Notes under the pieces: generated by a model
The model's input: the letters and a program-made list of their open reading frames with translations, nothing else
Databases searched by the model: none
What the model was told of the DNA's origin: nothing
Shown: positions 62,285-64,000 of the stretch, one piece after another
How the letters are laid out: every line of letters starts with the position of its first letter
Numbering within the stretch: position 1 is the first letter of the stretch
Origin: Heteronotia binoei
Taxonomy: Eukaryota
NCBI RefSeq assembly: GCF_032191835.1
Contig: NC_083235.1
Span: 65,286,001 to 65,350,000 of the forward strand
DNA length: 64,000 bases
Reading direction: 5' to 3'
Translations under genes and position numbers: made by a program

Positions 62285-62832
62285 TGTCATGGGTACTGGG
62301 GATCCTGCAGGAGAAGCTGAGCCTGCAGAAGAAACTGTGCCCCTGCCTCCTGCTGGAGAAGATCCAAGCCCCCCTGCCTCGCCCTCTCGGGTGGCTCGTG
62401 TGCGTGACCGCCTTCGTCAGGACCTCAGGGATTGGAGGAGGGCGGCATGCTCACGAGCAAGACGCTCCCTGAGCCCTGAGTTTTGAAAGGATTCTGGCCC
62501 TTCTAGGAGTGAGGATGCTTGAGTCTCAGCAGGATCCTGGCTGCCTCTCTGAGCCAGCAATTAGCCCAAATGGGCAACAGACAGCAGAGGGCTATATAGC
62601 TGTGGGCTTTGGGAGGAGGCTTTGTGGAAGCAACTAGTCACTTACCTGACGTTCTAGCATCCACTTCGGCTTTTGGCTCTGACTTCTGGACCCCCTGACT
62701 TCGGCTTCTGAACCTCTGACCTGCGATACCTGGACTGTGATTCGGTTTTGGCGCCCTGGACCCTCTTTGCTCACCGGCTACAGACCTTGGACTGCCCCTG
62801 GACTTTGCCTGACCCGGCCCCAGCCCGTGACA
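62285..62832 (+). mobile_element. Solo LTR of a related, diverged Gypsy family
   Basis: TGTCATGGG...CCCGTGACA termini; 548 bp; TATATAG 62593-62599 then TGTGGAAGCAA 62623-62633 as in the 37983-38527 LTR; shared U3 peptide; no clear TSD (taacc/tggac). Confidence 0.85.
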
Positions 62833-63423
62833 TGGACCCCTGGCTCAGCCTGAGTGAGGTGAGCCAGACACTGACATCCAGCCTAGCCAAGTCTTATGGA
62901 ACGCAATGCAATGGCAGTACCTGAGACAAGCCCCACACAAGACTAGGCAGACAGTAACACCTGGCTCAGCTGACAGTGCCGGATTAAACCCCGTGGAGGC
63001 CCCCAGGCAGTCGAAATCTCAGGGGCCCCCTTGCAAATTATCTCAGAGTTGGAGCGCCCGCCCCACCACCCACAGACAGTGGCCCCGCTGCAGCCAGAAG
63101 GCACTCTGTCAAAAGCCCCTTTCACAAAGCTGCAGGGGAGAGGCAAATTTGGTGACGATGCCAGCAGCAGCCGCACCAGGCAAGTCGGGCAAAGAGCAGC
63201 TCAGTTGCTGGCCGGGAGGACTGCAAGCAGGGGGAAAACGGGGGGGGGGACTGACCCAGGGCCCCTAAAGGCATGGGGACCCATAAAATGGTGCCTTCTC
63301 GGCCTATTTGTTAATCTGGTCCTGCATCTGAGCCTCATGCAAGGCAATGCAAACCGTGTCCCTGGCCCAATGGAATCCAGCAAGAGGCAAGGCAGAAGGT
63401 GGGAGCTCAGCAGTATATACTGC

Positions 63424-63950
63424 CAAAGTGCTGGTCATTACCTTTAAAGCCCTATATGGCTGAGGACCTGCCTACCTTAGGGACCGTCTCTCCCCGTGTG
63501 AACCCCAGAGAGCACTGAGATCAGCAGGGAAGAACCTGCTGACTATCCCCGGGCCAAAAGAGGTAAAGCTCCAGAGTACCCGTACTCGGGCTTTCTCTGT
63601 TATGGCTCCACAGCTGTGGAATCAGCTCCCAGAAGAAATGCGGGCCATGCGGGACTTTGAACAGTTCCGCAGGGCCTGCGAGACCATCTTGTTTCGAATG
63701 GCCTTCGAAACTGCTAAGAACTGACTGGAACCGCTAAGTAAGTTCGCCATCTAGGTAATAGCACAAAATATTAATTTTACTGTTTTTAGAATTTTAATAG
63801 ATTTTAATTAATTGTAGTTAAAATGTTGTACTGTACAACAATGTATATTGAATATACAACAATATATATTGAATCTTGTTGTTAGCCGCCCTGAGCCTGC
63901 TTCGGCGGGGAGGGCGGGATATAAATAAAAGGTGATTGATTGATTGATTG
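63424..63950 (+). mobile_element. L2 LINE 3' fragment with (GATT)n tail
   Basis: KVLVITFKALYG...APQLWNQLPEEMRAMRDFEQFRRACETILFRMAF; closely similar to the 18.2-19.1 kb copy. Confidence 0.88.
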
Positions 63951-64000
63951 AAAGAATCTACTTCTGGAGAACTGATCTCTGCAAAGCTGGGGACAGTTAT

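Noticed and set aside
61788-62876. Possible older reverse-oriented LTR (TGT...GACA, AATAAA and TATA on minus) hosting the solo LTR
   Set aside because: Termini and TSD not convincing enough without a library search.
62974-63324. Possible hAT MITE (CAGTGCCGGATTAA...TTAATCTGGTCCTG)
   Set aside because: TIRs imperfect and TSD ambiguous; plausible but not supportable.

Overview
Vertebrate (squamate reptile, most likely gecko, judging from its SINE families) genomic DNA, not prokaryotic. The minus strand carries ACSF2 (mitochondrial acyl-CoA synthetase family member 2) coding exons 1-10, at 57809 down to 15746. These give 390 in-frame codons with GT-AG sites and the AMP-binding motif IQFTS/GTTGSPKG. 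The plus strand carries the last two coding exons of CHAD (chondroadherin) nested in ACSF2 intron 10; CHAD exon 1 and ACSF2 exons 11 onward lie upstream of position 1. The rest is TE-rich intron and promoter: tRNA-derived SINEs (Squam3-like, and Squam2-like with tandem arrays), L2, CR1 and RTE LINE fragments, hAT, Harbinger and Tc/mariner MITEs (many with intact TSDs), and Ty3/Gypsy (sushi-like) LTR elements. The top observation is that two diverged Gypsy LTRs both carry a short ORF at the start of U3 whose C-terminal peptide (RVRxRL...AC...RSLSPEF*) is conserved mainly through synonymous changes. Both LTRs also keep an 11-nt putative transcript start that is exactly complementary to the primer-binding site, the Tf1/sushi self-priming signature. 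Family names come from recall, not database searches.
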